A program made the position numbers and the translations under genes. A stretch of DNA of 64,000 nt from Alphaproteobacteria bacterium (GTDB taxonomy: Bacteria; Pseudomonadota; Alphaproteobacteria; UBA828), in NCBI GenBank assembly GCA_963422645.2, contig CAXXVO010000007.1, forward strand, positions 32,001-96,000, written 5' to 3'. Of this stretch, positions 50,054-60,858 are shown one piece after another. Positions within the stretch are counted from its first letter, which is position 1, and every line of letters starts with the position of its first letter. Under the pieces are notes generated by a model, which did not search any database, had not been told where the DNA came from, and worked only from the letters and a program-made list of their open reading frames with translations.

Positions 50054-50938
50054 GTGGACGCTCTCATTCAGATCATTTCCAGCGGGCTTCTTCTCGGCTC
50101 CATGTACGCGACGGGCGCCGTGGGCCTGTCGCTGCTGTGGGGCGCGCTCGGCATGCTCAACATGGCTCACGGCGCGCTGCTGACGATCGGCGGCTATGCC
50201 TCGTTCGCCGCAGTCAGCGGCCTGAACCTGCACCCCGTGCTGGGCCTGCCCGCTGCGATGATTGCCAGCTTCGTTTTTGGTCTGCTGCTCTATTTCGCGA
50301 TTGTGCGCTGGATGTACCGGCTCCCGGCCTTCGAAACCAATGTGATCATTGCGACGATCGGCCTCGCCATCCTGCTTGAGAACGTCGTCCTCAAGGTTTT
50401 TGGCGCCTATCCCCAGAGCCAGCCCTTCAAGATCGGACTGGAGAAGGGCTTCACGATCAGCGAGATCTACATTCCTTGGCAGAATCTGATCATCATCTGC
50501 ATCGCCATGGTGATGATGGTGGTGATGGCGTGGCTGCTGAATCGCACGCGCATGGGCCGCGCCATTCGGGCGACCGCGCAAAATCAGGATGCCGCCCGGC
50601 TCTTAGGGGTCAACGTCGGCCGTGTGTTCGCCCAGGTGATGGCGCTCGGCGGCGTTGTGGCGGGTGTCTCCGGCGTCATGCTGAGCTCGATCACCACACT
50701 CGCGCCGACCATGGGCTACGACCCCATGCTCAAGGCCTTCATCGTCTGCGTCATCGCGGGGCTGGGCAACGTAGCGGGCGCGTTCTACGCGGCGATGATC
50801 CTCGGTCTCTACGAGGCGGGGGTGCAGTACGTCTTCGGCGTCCGGTTCGCGCTTCCGGCGCTGCTCCTGCTCGTGATTGTCGCCCTGATCTGGCGACCGT
50901 TCGGCGTGTTCGGGCGCAAGCAAGTGACCCGCGTGTGA
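50054..50938 (+). CDS. HAAT-family ABC permease (LivH-like)
   Basis: LNMAHG, GRAIRATAQN...LGVN, AGLG. Confidence 0.9.
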   Translation: MDALIQIISSGLLLGSMYATGAVGLSLLWGALGMLNMAHGALLTIGGYASFAAVSGLNLHPVLGLPAAMIASFVFGLLLYFAIVRWMYRLPAFETNVIIATIGLAILLENVVLKVFGAYPQSQPFKIGLEKGFTISEIYIPWQNLIIICIAMVMMVVMAWLLNRTRMGRAIRATAQNQDAARLLGVNVGRVFAQVMALGGVVAGVSGVMLSSITTLAPTMGYDPMLKAFIVCVIAGLGNVAGAFYAAMILGLYEAGVQYVFGVRFALPALLLLVIVALIWRPFGVFGRKQVTRV

Positions 50939-51972
50939 CGCAAAGCGGTAGCAAGGCGTGGCGAAGCGACCTGGGGATCGGGTTGGTTCTGCTGGTCGTG
51001 GCCGCGGTGCTTCCCTTTCTCGACCCCACGACCTACGTCATTCGTCAACTGACCGTTTTCTTTATCTGGGCCACGGTCGTCACCCAGTGGAACCTGGTGT
51101 TCGGTGTCGCGGGCATCTTCTCGCTTGCGCAGCTAGCGTTGTTTGCCTTCGGCGGATACGCCACCGCGATGATGGCCTACTTCCTCGATTGGTCGCTGTG
51201 GGCGGCACTGCCCCTCGCCGCCCTCTTGACGGTGGTCTTCAGCATCGTCATCGGCCTGGCGTGCCTGCGCCTCCAGGGGCCTTACGTAGCCCTGCTGACG
51301 CTTGCCGTCGCCCAGGCCTTGCTCGTGCTCATCATCACCGACGTGGATTGCTTCAGAATGGAAGACACCATCTGCGTGCAATTCACCGGCGGGGTCCAAG
51401 GGTTCACCCGCTTCGGCGACTTCGGTTTCCGTGATTGGCTGGGACGGGACTGGTTCTTCGGCAACTATTTTCTCGCCCTCGTGGTCCTGGCGCTGGCAAC
51501 GCTGGTTTCCATCCTGGTGATTCGAAGTCCGCTGGGCATGGCATTCCGAGTGCTGAACGAAAACCCGGCCTTTGCGGTCACCCAGGGCATCAGCCGCTTC
51601 AAGTATCAGCTCCTCGCGTTCGCCGTCTCGGCGTTCTTCACCGGCCTCGCCGGCGGCGTCTATGCAGGCACCTTCCGAGTGATCGGCCCGAACATCCTGT
51701 TCCTGTCGCTGCTGATCTACCTCGTGGCGATGCTCGTGGTGGGCGGCATGGGCCGCACCTGGGGACCGATCGCCGGCGCCGCGGTGATCATGATCGCGGA
51801 CGAGGGACTGAAGGAGGCTGTCGACTATCGCAACATCGGCCTCGGTGCGATTATCGTGCTGTTCATCATGGTGTTTCCGGGTGGCGTGGCCGGCGCGGTG
51901 GAAGCACTGATGCGCCGGCTAGCGGGGCTGTGGCGCTACGCCAGGGACGGGCCCGCCGCAGGCGCCCGCTGA
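50935..51972 (+). CDS. HAAT-family ABC permease (LivM-like)
   Basis: RLQGPYVALLTLA, SPLG...GI, VVGGMG. Confidence 0.9.
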   Translation: MTQSGSKAWRSDLGIGLVLLVVAAVLPFLDPTTYVIRQLTVFFIWATVVTQWNLVFGVAGIFSLAQLALFAFGGYATAMMAYFLDWSLWAALPLAALLTVVFSIVIGLACLRLQGPYVALLTLAVAQALLVLIITDVDCFRMEDTICVQFTGGVQGFTRFGDFGFRDWLGRDWFFGNYFLALVVLALATLVSILVIRSPLGMAFRVLNENPAFAVTQGISRFKYQLLAFAVSAFFTGLAGGVYAGTFRVIGPNILFLSLLIYLVAMLVVGGMGRTWGPIAGAAVIMIADEGLKEAVDYRNIGLGAIIVLFIMVFPGGVAGAVEALMRRLAGLWRYARDGPAAGAR

Positions 51973-52093
51973 GCCGAGGTCGTGTGCGGCGGATGTGATT
52001 GAGAGCAATTGGAGGATGCCCTAGCCTGTGCGCTGCGTTTCTCACGCGGCATAAGGCGCGTTGGTTGGGATGCATCCGAGAGGGGAGGACACC

Positions 52094-53095
52094 ATGCCAA
52101 CCGGGTCCAGGCAGCCCCGCGCCGAGCGGAACGAGCAATTCGTGGGCTACCACCAGGCCCTCGTTCCCGAGCCAGACGAGGAGTTGACCCAGGTCGGCCG
52201 CGGGACGCCAGGCGGCGAGTATCTGCGGCGCTTCTGGCATCCCGTGGCCATGTCCTCGGAGGTCGTGGACCGCGCCGATGGCGGCACGGAGGGCGTACCC
52301 GTTCCCGTCCGCATCCTGGGCGAGGATCTGATCCTGTTCCGCAACAGGCGGCGCGAAGTTGGTCTGCTGCATCGCCACTGCAGCCACCGCGGCACCTCGC
52401 TCGAATATGGCAAGGTGACAGAACACGGGATCCAGTGCTGCTATCACGGTTGGCACTTCGGGACCGACGGCACGATCCTGGAGACGCCGGGTCTGCCCGA
52501 AAGCAGCAAGATCAGGCACACCGTGCGTCACGGCGCCTACCCGGTGCGGGAATACCGGGGACTGATCTTTGCCTATATGGGCCCGCCGGCTGAAGTGCCG
52601 GAGTTCCCGCGTCCGGAGATCTACGAGTATCCCGACACGGAGTATGCGGCTCACTGCTTCCACTTCGCGTGCAACTGGCTCCAGGTGCACGAGAATTGCT
52701 GCGATCCGTTTCACGCGACCTGGTTGCACACCCGGCACAGCGGCGCACAGTTCGTCGAGGCCTGGGGCGCCTATCCAGTGCAGCGCTGGCGCGAAACGCC
52801 GAGCGGCATGATGACTGAGACCACGCGGCGCAGTGGCGAGAATATGTGGTTCGATTCCGTGGACGTCATAATGCCGAATATGCGATGCACCGGCGATCTG
52901 TGGGAGGACGGATCTCAGATCAAGGCGTTCCGGCGTACCGCGCTGACACTCTACGCGGTGCCGATAGACGATACCAATACGCTGTTCATCGGCCTGCGGC
53001 TTTACAACAAGTCGACCGACATGCACGGCAACGGCCGGATGGAACTGTGCGGCCGGGAGACGGCCGACCATGTAGACGGACGAAAGTCGTTGTGA
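52094..53095 (+). pseudogene. Rieske non-heme iron oxygenase (phthalate dioxygenase-like), apparently 3'-truncated at the Mu-like end
   Basis: CSHRG...CYHGW, ENCCDPFHATWLH; ORF stops 5 nt into the TG-initiated repeat region and lacks the usual C-terminal Fe-ligand Asp region. Confidence 0.7.
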
Positions 53096-53400
53096 ATCGG
53101 GTCAAGGGGTGGAATCAGGCGGAATCGGGCGGAAGGTGGCGGAATCTCAAGGGGATGCGCGGCGGCACGGTGGCGGTGCGGCGGCTGGCGTGCGGACGGA
53201 AGTCTTTGCGAATCGGGCCGTGCAGAGGCCGTGAATTGGCTGGAAACGATGATTTTCGGGGCGTTTCAGGGGTGCTGAAAGGCCCGTAAATCGGTGCGGT
53301 TTCGGGGTATCGGATTCGGCTGGAAAATCCGGTGCGAGGTGCGGGGCGAGGCGCCCGTCCCGCGAGGCTGGCGGCGGCCCGCGCCGGGGCGCTGAATCGG
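53091..53400. repeat. Putative Mu-like end repeat array
   Basis: TGTGAATCGG, then 10-mers GGAATCAGGC GGAATCGGGC GGAAGGTGGC GGAATCTCAA; GAATCGG recurs at 53210 and 53394. Confidence 0.65.
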
Positions 53401-53504
53401 CTTGAGGTGGCGTGCGGCGGCGCGTAGGGTCGGGCGCGACGCCGGAAGCATTCGTAGTCCTCTCATGCCTTCGGGCGAGCGCGGGGTTTACGACCCGCCC
53501 GGCG

Positions 53505-54711
53505 TCAACCTCCCTCCCCGACAATCCGCTTCAGGCGCCGGCGCGCGGCGTCGAGGTTATGGGGCTGCGCCTTGTGCAGGCTCACGATGTAGGCCTCGTC
53601 GCCACCTGCGGCCGACTTGACGACGGCCTTCCACAGGCGCCCGTCCTCTTCGAGGAAGCCCTGCGCGAAACGGCCGTTGTCCTCCACGAACATCTCCCCT
53701 TGATCGAGGATGCGCTGGACGCGGGCGTAGTCTGCGGGTTCGAGATCGGGGTGTCTCCTGGCCTGCTTTGCGGCGGTTTCTGTGGAGAGGCGGACGGTTC
53801 GGGAGCGTGCGCCGATGGCGCCGCGCACCGGGGCGGAGAGCACGGCCGCGGGCCAGTCGGCGTCGGACCGGCCTTCGAGGTGGTGAGCGGAAGAGCTGCC
53901 CGCGCCAGGGTTTGCCTATGGCGGCGCGTGCGAGGTCGGGGGGCGCGTCGTCGATCTTCTCGATCAGGCGGTTTGCGCTGTCGCGCCCGGGCCGGGCGCG
54001 GCCGACGTTGTGCTGGAAGCCGGGATCGATGCCGAGGGGGACCTGGTGGATGCGGCCGGTGCGGCGGTTCTTCCACGGCCTGGTGCGCCCGGAGAGCGGC
54101 GGCGGGCCTGACGACACTTTATAGCCGTAGCGCTCCAGGTCGTCGTCTCCGAGCTGCTGGACGATGCAGCGGCACTTCCATCCGTTGGGCGGGTAGTGGG
54201 TCTTCCAGAAGGGGTGATCGACGGGAAGGATGGTGCCGTGCCATGCGAGGTGGTCGGGCCTGGTGCGGGCGTCCTGGACGGCGACGTAGCGGAGCCAGGG
54301 CATGGCCTCCCTGAGGCGCTCGATGCGCTCCCATCGGCCGCGGGCGTAGGCCATGCGGATGTTGGTATCGAAGATAATGCGCAGGCGGTGGGCCGAGCCG
54401 AGCTGGACGATGCGCGTCTTGCCGGTGAGGGGATCGGTCATGGGCTGCCTGCCCCACCATCCCTTGCGGACCAGGGTGGGCTGCAGCTCCTTGGCGAAGG
54501 TCTCGAAGGTTGTGCCGTCCGCGATGGCCTTGTCGGCGGCGGTGCGCAGGTCCTGGAGGATGTCGAGCTTCGCGGCCTTGGCGGCGGTGAAGGAGACCAG
54601 GTGCTGCTCGGCATCGGTATCGCGCCAGTCGAAGCCTGTGTGGAAGCCCCTGGCGCGGAAGTGCTCGACGGCCTCTGCGGGGGGTACGTCCAGGATCTCG
54701 GGCGCGGGCAT
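53505..54711 (-). CDS. MuF (gp30) head morphogenesis protein with a frameshifted C-terminal PBECR-like nuclease domain
   Basis: SFTAAK, KGWWG, RLRIIFDTN, RTRPDH, YPPNGWKCRC, IDPGF; domain HHLEG...RHPDL...WKAVVK...YIVSLHK lies in another frame after about 53887. Confidence 0.75.
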
Positions 54712-56198
54712 CAGCCCTCGCCCTCGTCGAGGCCTGCGTCGCCGGAGAGGCGGGCGGAGAATGCGGTGCGGCGGAGGCGGCGGGCGATGCGGTCTGCGTT
54801 CATGTTCTCCCAGAGCTGGCGCTCGTCGAGCGCGGCACGGAAGCGGCCGAGGCTGTCGGCGTTCTCTGCGGCGCCGAGCACGGGGGCGACGACCGGCTCC
54901 ATGAGGGGCTGCCAGTCTGCGGCGATCGCGTCCACGGCGTCGTCGATGGCGTCGTCGTCCTGCTGCGCCGGCTCGGCGAGGCGCGCGGGGCGGGGATCGC
55001 CGCCTGGCGTCGGGGGCGCGTCGGGGGCTTTCTCCCATTCTCCGCCGTAGACCTGCTCGACATGGGCGGGGGTGGGGCGGAGGCCCGAGGTTCGGGCGAC
55101 GGTCTCCTCGCGCCTGGCGCGGGCCACGAGGTCCTCGGGGGGCGCGGTGTTGCGGGCGAGTTCGGGCACGTCTGCGCCGGGGAAGTTCCATTGGGTGAGC
55201 CAGGCGGCGACGGAGTTGCGCAGCGCGGCGGAGAGCCGTCGGGCGTCGGCGGCGACGAGGCGCTCCAGCACCTTGGCCTGGACTTCGGCGGTGCCGCGCC
55301 AGGGTCCGATCTCGGAGGTTGCGCGCTGGCCGAGGACGGCGTCCGCGATCATGCCGTCGAGGGCTGCGACGAAGGCGCCGTAGTCGCCGCCGGCGCGGCG
55401 GGCCGAGTCGAGCAGCCTGAGTTCCTGGCCTTCGGGGATGACGAGGCCGGCGCCTCCGGCCATGGCGCGCTGGGCCTGGAGCATCGTCTCGATCTCGGCC
55501 GCCGGCGCGTCGCGGCGGACGGTGCCGATGGCGGTGGGGCTGCCGAACTTCTCGAGCGCGACCGCCCACATGCGCACAGCCTGGCGCTTGAGCCAGACCG
55601 GCCAGAGGCACCACTGTGCGGCGCCGGGGCCGTGGGGCTGGCCGCCGTGGCTGCGGGGCTGGGCGAGCACGACGAACTTGGCGGGCGGGAGTTCGGCGCC
55701 GCGCGGGTTCTCGCGGGTAACGAGCAGCGGGGTTCCGTCCCTGCGCCAGCGGAAGCGGGCGGGGTCGCGGACCTTGAGATCGGCGAGGCGGACGCGGGCG
55801 CCGTCGATCTCCCAGATGCACTCGGCGATGCTGTATCCGTACCAGGCGGCGTGGAGGAGTTCGCGGGAGATGCGGTCGATCCCGATCCCGCCGAACTGGT
55901 CCGCGAGGTCCCCGGCGGCCTGTCTGTCGCGGCGCATCGGGCCGCCGGGTTCGATATCGAGGGGGGCGGCCGTGACGGCGTCGAGGCGCTGGTCGAGGAC
56001 GGCGCGGGCGTGGGGGTCGCGGAGCGCGGCCTGTGCGGCCGCGATCCCGGTGGGATCGGCCTGCCACTGGCGGGGGTCGGCGCCGAGCGCCGGGTCGCTG
56101 TCGAGCCAGGGGAGGACGAGCTCGCCGATGCCGCCGATGCCGGCCTGCGGGCCTGCGATCTCGGCGGTCCCGGGACGTGCGGGGGCGGGCGCGGCCAT
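54711..56198 (-). CDS. Mu gp29-like portal protein (DUF935)
   Basis: WYGYSIAECIW, W...LEKFGSP, VLGQ, EVQ. Confidence 0.88.
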   Translation of the reverse strand: MAAPAPARPGTAEIAGPQAGIGGIGELVLPWLDSDPALGADPRQWQADPTGIAAAQAALRDPHARAVLDQRLDAVTAAPLDIEPGGPMRRDRQAAGDLADQFGGIGIDRISRELLHAAWYGYSIAECIWEIDGARVRLADLKVRDPARFRWRRDGTPLLVTRENPRGAELPPAKFVVLAQPRSHGGQPHGPGAAQWCLWPVWLKRQAVRMWAVALEKFGSPTAIGTVRRDAPAAEIETMLQAQRAMAGGAGLVIPEGQELRLLDSARRAGGDYGAFVAALDGMIADAVLGQRATSEIGPWRGTAEVQAKVLERLVAADARRLSAALRNSVAAWLTQWNFPGADVPELARNTAPPEDLVARARREETVARTSGLRPTPAHVEQVYGGEWEKAPDAPPTPGGDPRPARLAEPAQQDDDAIDDAVDAIAADWQPLMEPVVAPVLGAAENADSLGRFRAALDERQLWENMNADRIARRLRRTAFSARLSGDAGLDEGEG

Positions 56199-56201
56199 GG
56201 G

Positions 56202-57405
56202 CTATCGCCAGCCGTTCAGGGCGGAGAGGGGGGAATGGACGACGCCGAGTTCGGTGTCGATGCGGTAGCCGGTATCGCCGTCGAAGGGGGAGCCCGGCAT
56301 GTCATGGACGGCGTGGCGGCCCTCGCCGATCCAGGCCTGGAAGGGGCCGGATGCCTGCGAGGCCGAGAGGCAGGCGAGCGCGAGCGCCCAGAAGCGGTCG
56401 GCGTGGCCGTCGGTGCCCGAGCGCTCGGCGACCAGGCGGGGCGAGCCGGTGGGTCCGGCCTCGGCGCGCACGGCGTGGAGGTCGCGGCGCAATGCCTCGT
56501 CTGCGGGGAGGCGCAGGCGCTTGTCCTCCATGGCCTCGCGCAGCGCGGTGGCGGCATCCAGCCGGCGCGGGCCGGTCATGAGCACGCCCTCGACCCGCAG
56601 CGTGCCGTGGTCCTCCTGCCACTGCTCGACCACGGCCTCGCCCATGCCGGTCTGGTCGACCGCGATGCGGAGCGGGCGGTAGCGTTCGGCGAGGCCGCGC
56701 ACGATCCTGCGCTGCTCGCTGAACGGGATGCCCTGGCGGGCGACGATCTCGCGCACCCAGAGCGCGTCGGCGGCCTTCTCGATGACGGCGGCGACCCAGA
56801 GATCGCGGCGCCGCGCCACGTCGACGCCGATCCAGGTGCTCCCGCCGGCGTGGCGCACAGGATCGCCCGCGTCCGGGTGCTCGCGCTCGCGGATCAGGTC
56901 CCATGCGAGCCAGGCGCCGGTCCCTGCACTGGGCACGCAGTCGAGCTCCTCGGCGCCCCGGTGGCCGTAGGTGCGCCGGATCCCGGCCTCCCATTCGGCC
57001 TCCGCCCCGGGCGAGTACTCCTTGCCCGTCACCTCGAAGATGCGCCGGCCCAGCCCTTCTGCGACGGCCCGGCGGAAGGGGATGCTGTGGACCGACCCCG
57101 GCTGGCGGCCCTCGCGCACGTCGCGCAGCAGCAGGTTGAAGGGGCTGGCCTCGCCGTTGTGGGTCGAGATCACATGGACCCGCCCGCCCCACGTGAGGAA
57201 GGCGAGCGCGGCCTTGAGCACCTCGCCCAGGTCGTCGACGAAGGCGGCCTCGTCGATTATCGCCCGGTCTCCGGGGCGTCCCCTGGACCTGAGCGCGCGC
57301 GGCGCGCTGGTCATCGACGTGATGGTCTTCCCCGAGGCGAGCTGGATGCGGAACACCTGCACGGCCCTGGCATTGCCGGCATCGATGACGCTCTCGCCGA
57401 TGGCC
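56202..57405 (-). pseudogene. Mu gp28-like terminase large subunit lacking its N-terminus
   Basis: IIDEAAF Walker B, ISTHNG, GVDVARRRDL, DQTGMG, GHADRFWALALA; no Walker A or credible start. Confidence 0.8.
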
Positions 57406-57493
57406 TGCGGTCGGAACACATCTCGCGGACGCCGATGCCGTAGTGCGCCGCGACATGGCTCTGGATCAGGCCGATCGACGGGTAGTCGCTCAT
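57406..57493 (-). pseudogene. 5' fragment of a DnaA domain IV-like HTH gene
   Basis: MSDYPSIGLIQSHVAAHYGIGVREMCSDRR resembles the start of DnaA C-terminal domains, then runs into terL DNA. Confidence 0.6.
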
Positions 57494-58374
57494 GCGGGGA
57501 TATTCCCCGGCGGGAACGTGCCTCCGTCCGCGCGCGCGAAGACGCGCCGGCAGTGCCCGGGGCACCAGGACCGGCCCGGCGCGCGCGGTGCCCCGCACCA
57601 CGCGGGAAAGCCCGGGTCGCCCGGCTCGTCCTCGATCCAGAGGCAGCCGCCGGGCGGCGCGGGCTGCGCCTCGGGCACGTCAGCTTCCGGCTCCCCGGAC
57701 GAGGGGTCGGAAAGTGACGCAGCCTCGGGAGTCCCGGAATGGGTATCGTGCCCATTCTCCGCCGGCGCCGGCGGTCCATCGGGTGCGGCCGCCCCGACCG
57801 CCGGCGCGCGGCGCCGGCGCCGCCTCTCGCCGCCTTCCCACAGTCCGAGCCGGTGGATCTGGCCGTTCACGCTATTGGGCGAGCGCTCGAGCAGCCCGGC
57901 GATGTCGGCGTGGTGATCGCCGGCGGCGTAGCGCTCGCGCAGGACGCGGGTATCTTCCTCCGACCAGCGTTGCGTCAGTCGCTTCCGCTGGGTGGTGGGC
58001 CGGATGCGAGGTCCTGTCTCAACTGCGGGATCGTCTGCCGCATCGGCATCGTGTCTATTGCACCCGGCGCATGGCTCGAGGCCGCAATCGGCCGCGCCGG
58101 GATCCTGCTCGGTGGGGACCGCGCCGGCGCCGGCGTCGCCAAGGGGCGAATCGTCGGCCGGGCCATGCGCAGGGCGCATGTCGCGCGGCTCAGCCACGGG
58201 CGGCTCGTCCCCGGGCTGCGGCGTCACCGCCGCGAGGCTGCGCTCCAGCCATTGCCGGAAGGTGCGGTCGCCGAGCTCGGCGCCGAGGCGCCGGCGCAGC
58301 ATGTCGCGCTTGTCGACGAGGTCGGCCGTCAGCACCGGCGCGTCGGCGTCCGGCGCCGCAGCGGGGGCGCTCAT
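57490..58374 (-). CDS. GcrA-like regulator with N-terminal extension
   Basis: WSEEDTRVLRERY...IAGLLERSPNSVNGQIHRLGL and CLWI...WCG...SWCPGH. Confidence 0.75.
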   Translation of the reverse strand: MSAPAAAPDADAPVLTADLVDKRDMLRRRLGAELGDRTFRQWLERSLAAVTPQPGDEPPVAEPRDMRPAHGPADDSPLGDAGAGAVPTEQDPGAADCGLEPCAGCNRHDADAADDPAVETGPRIRPTTQRKRLTQRWSEEDTRVLRERYAAGDHHADIAGLLERSPNSVNGQIHRLGLWEGGERRRRRRAPAVGAAAPDGPPAPAENGHDTHSGTPEAASLSDPSSGEPEADVPEAQPAPPGGCLWIEDEPGDPGFPAWCGAPRAPGRSWCPGHCRRVFARADGGTFPPGNIPA

Positions 58375-58595
58375 GCGGCGTCCTCCGGGTGCAGCAGCGC
58401 GACCACGTTCCCGCCCTTTGCGACCTCGCCCCGGGAGAGCGGGCCGGGACCGGCCGCGCGCTCCCAGGCCGCCAGGCGCTCCGCGATGTCCTCGATGCCG
58501 TCGCAGAACAGCAGCCAGAGCTCCGGGGAGCAGGTCCCGCCGGCGATCTCGTAGCGGACGCTGCGCAGCGCGTTGCGGAGATCGTCGGACAGCAT
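58371..58595 (-). CDS. Phage hypothetical protein
   Basis: 74 aa, start and stop overlap both neighbours. Confidence 0.6.
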   Translation of the reverse strand: MLSDDLRNALRSVRYEIAGGTCSPELWLLFCDGIEDIAERLAAWERAAGPGPLSRGEVAKGGNVVALLHPEDAA

Positions 58596-58912
58596 CACGC
58601 TGCCTCCCCGGCGCGCTCGCGCCCGTCCCCGTCGCCGCCGTGGTTCTCCTGCTCGGCAACCGCCTCGGCGGCGACCGTGAGACTGTCCGCGTCGATGCGC
58701 TCGCGGCCCTCGGCGCGGGCCAGCTTCCACGCCTCGGTCAGCACCCGGCGCAGCGTGTGCAGCCCGCCCTTGCCCCGCGCGGCCCTGACCAGGGCCCTGA
58801 GCTCGGCCTTGCCGGGCCTGCGGCCCAGAGGCCCCGCCGCAGCGATGGCGGCCACGTCCCCTTCCGCCAGGCGCCTGAGTGGGGTCGTGCACCGCCCCCG
58901 CAGCGCCCGCAC
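58595..58912 (-). pseudogene. C-terminal fragment of a MuB-like transposition ATPase
   Basis: EGDVAAIA...GGLHTLRRVL...A...IDA helical C-domain; no P-loop. Confidence 0.55.
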
Positions 58913-58957
58913 ACGGGGCCTGCACGGGCGTTGCGGGGGCCATGCGCAAGAGCGGCT

Positions 58958-59371
58958 TCAGAGCCATTCCGGCGGCGCCCCGCGTTGGAAGCGATCGTCG
59001 AGCAGGGAGACCAGGCGCGCAATCGGCCTGCGACCGCAATAGCGACGCCGCCACTTTCCGACCGTCCCCGCCGACAGGCCTGTCTCACGTCCGCCCGCGG
59101 CGTCGGCGTGGTACAGCGGAAAACCGCGCGCCACCGCACGCATCGATGCCTCCACGGCACTCAATCGTGTCCGTGCCGCATCCCGTGCCTCCTGCGGCGC
59201 CGTGTCCCAGATCCGCTGCCACGCGGCCGCCCGCTCGATGTCGATGGGATCGATCCATGCGGTTCGCATCGGAACCGCGGCGTTCCGTTCGTCGCCACAG
59301 ACGGTCGAAGCATCGCGATACGCCTGCGTGGCGATCCGGGCGCCGCCCTTCCGGGTCAGCTCGCCGGTCAT
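58958..59371 (-). pseudogene. N-terminal DNA-binding fragment of a MuA-like transposase
   Basis: W...ARDAARTRL...GLSAGTVGKWRRR HTH; position after the early genes; no DDE core. Confidence 0.55.
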
Positions 59372-60129
59372 GGCTCGCCCGCCAGATGCTCCAGCGCCGG
59401 CTGGATCTCGTCCTGAAGAACCGTTTGCGCCCCCTCGATGCGGGCGTCGATCGCCGCCTCCAGACGCGCCGCCAGCGCACGCCGCTCCGCCGGCGGCATC
59501 CCCGCGGCATCGCGCGATGCCTGTGCGATCCGACCCATCACGGCCCGCAGGACCGGATCGATCTCGTCCATGAGAGCCGCCACGGCGCGCTCGTCCGCGC
59601 CCGCCCCGCCCGCCTCCGGGCCCTCGATCGGCGCCAGCGCCGCCGCCGCGTCGGCGTGCCGCGCGCGCAGCGCAGCGCCCGCCTTGCCGAACTCCCGGCG
59701 GATATCCCGCGCCAGACCGTACTGGGCACTGCGGTGCATCGCCCGGATCTCCGACGACCGCGACGCCTCGACAGCGACCTTCGTCATGCGTCTGGCGGCG
59801 CCGGCGGCCACTCGTTGCTCGGCATCGATCCGGTCGCGCATCCGGTCCGCTGCGTCCCGCGCCCTGGCAGGATCGGTCGGCTTGCAGCCGCCGCACCGCG
59901 CCTCCCGAACTGCCTCGCGCACCCGCTTGTCAATCGGCTTTCAATACTGACCCCCGATCGGCGTGCAAAATTGACCCCCCTGAGTGGCACGGCGGAGGTT
60001 GTCCCGGTAGCCAATAGGGGGGACCCGCGCGGCTTCGTGTGGCGCCCTGCGCTACGCGGAGCGAAGCCGCGTGGGGGGTCCCTGTTGGCCCACCGGGGCA
60101 ACCGGGCCGCAAGGGAGGCCGGCGGCGGG

Positions 60130-60858
60130 TCAGGAGCGGTTCTTGAAGCGCCAGCTCTCGTTGCCGGTCTCGATGATCTCGCAATGATGGGTGAGGCGAT
60201 CGAGCAGCGCTGTGGTCATCTTGGGGTCGCCGAAGACGGATGGCCATTCGCCGAAGGCGAGGTTTGTGGTGATGACGATCGAGGTGCGCTCGTAGAGCCG
60301 GCTCATCAGATGGAAGAGCAGCTGCCCACCGGCCTGGGCGAAGGGCAGGTAGCCGAGCTCGTCGAGGATGACGAAGTCGCGGCGGACGAGCTGGTCTGCA
60401 GTGCGGCCCTGGCGTCCGGCGCGAAGCTCGGCCTCGAGGAGGTTGACCAGGTCGACGACGTTGTAGCACCGGCCGCGCGCGCCCTTGCGGATGCAGGACC
60501 GCGCGATGGCGACGGCGAGATGGGTCTTGCCGGTACCGGTGCCGCCGACCAGCACGATGTTGCGTTTGCCCTCGAGGAAGCCGCCGCCGGCGAGCTCCTG
60601 GATCAGGGGCTCGTTGACCGGCGAGGCGGCGAAGTCGAAGTCGGCCAGCTCCTTGACCGTCGGCAGCTTGGCGGAGGCCATCTGGTACTTGATCGAGCGG
60701 GCCCTCTTGTCGGCGATCTCGACCTGCAGCAGCGTACCGATGATCTGTTGCACCGGATGGCGGCGCTTGAGCCCGTCGGCAAGGATGTCGTCGTAAGCGG
60801 CGCGCATACCTGCGAGCTTCAGCTGGGTCATCATCTCCAGCACATCATGACGCTCCAT
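60130..60858 (-). CDS. istB: IS21 helper ATPase
   Basis: [29 protein letters not shown]. Confidence 0.95.
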   Translation of the reverse strand: MERHDVLEMMTQLKLAGMRAAYDDILADGLKRRHPVQQIIGTLLQVEIADKRARSIKYQMASAKLPTVKELADFDFAASPVNEPLIQELAGGGFLEGKRNIVLVGGTGTGKTHLAVAIARSCIRKGARGRCYNVVDLVNLLEAELRAGRQGRTADQLVRRDFVILDELGYLPFAQAGGQLLFHLMSRLYERTSIVITTNLAFGEWPSVFGDPKMTTALLDRLTHHCEIIETGNESWRFKNRS

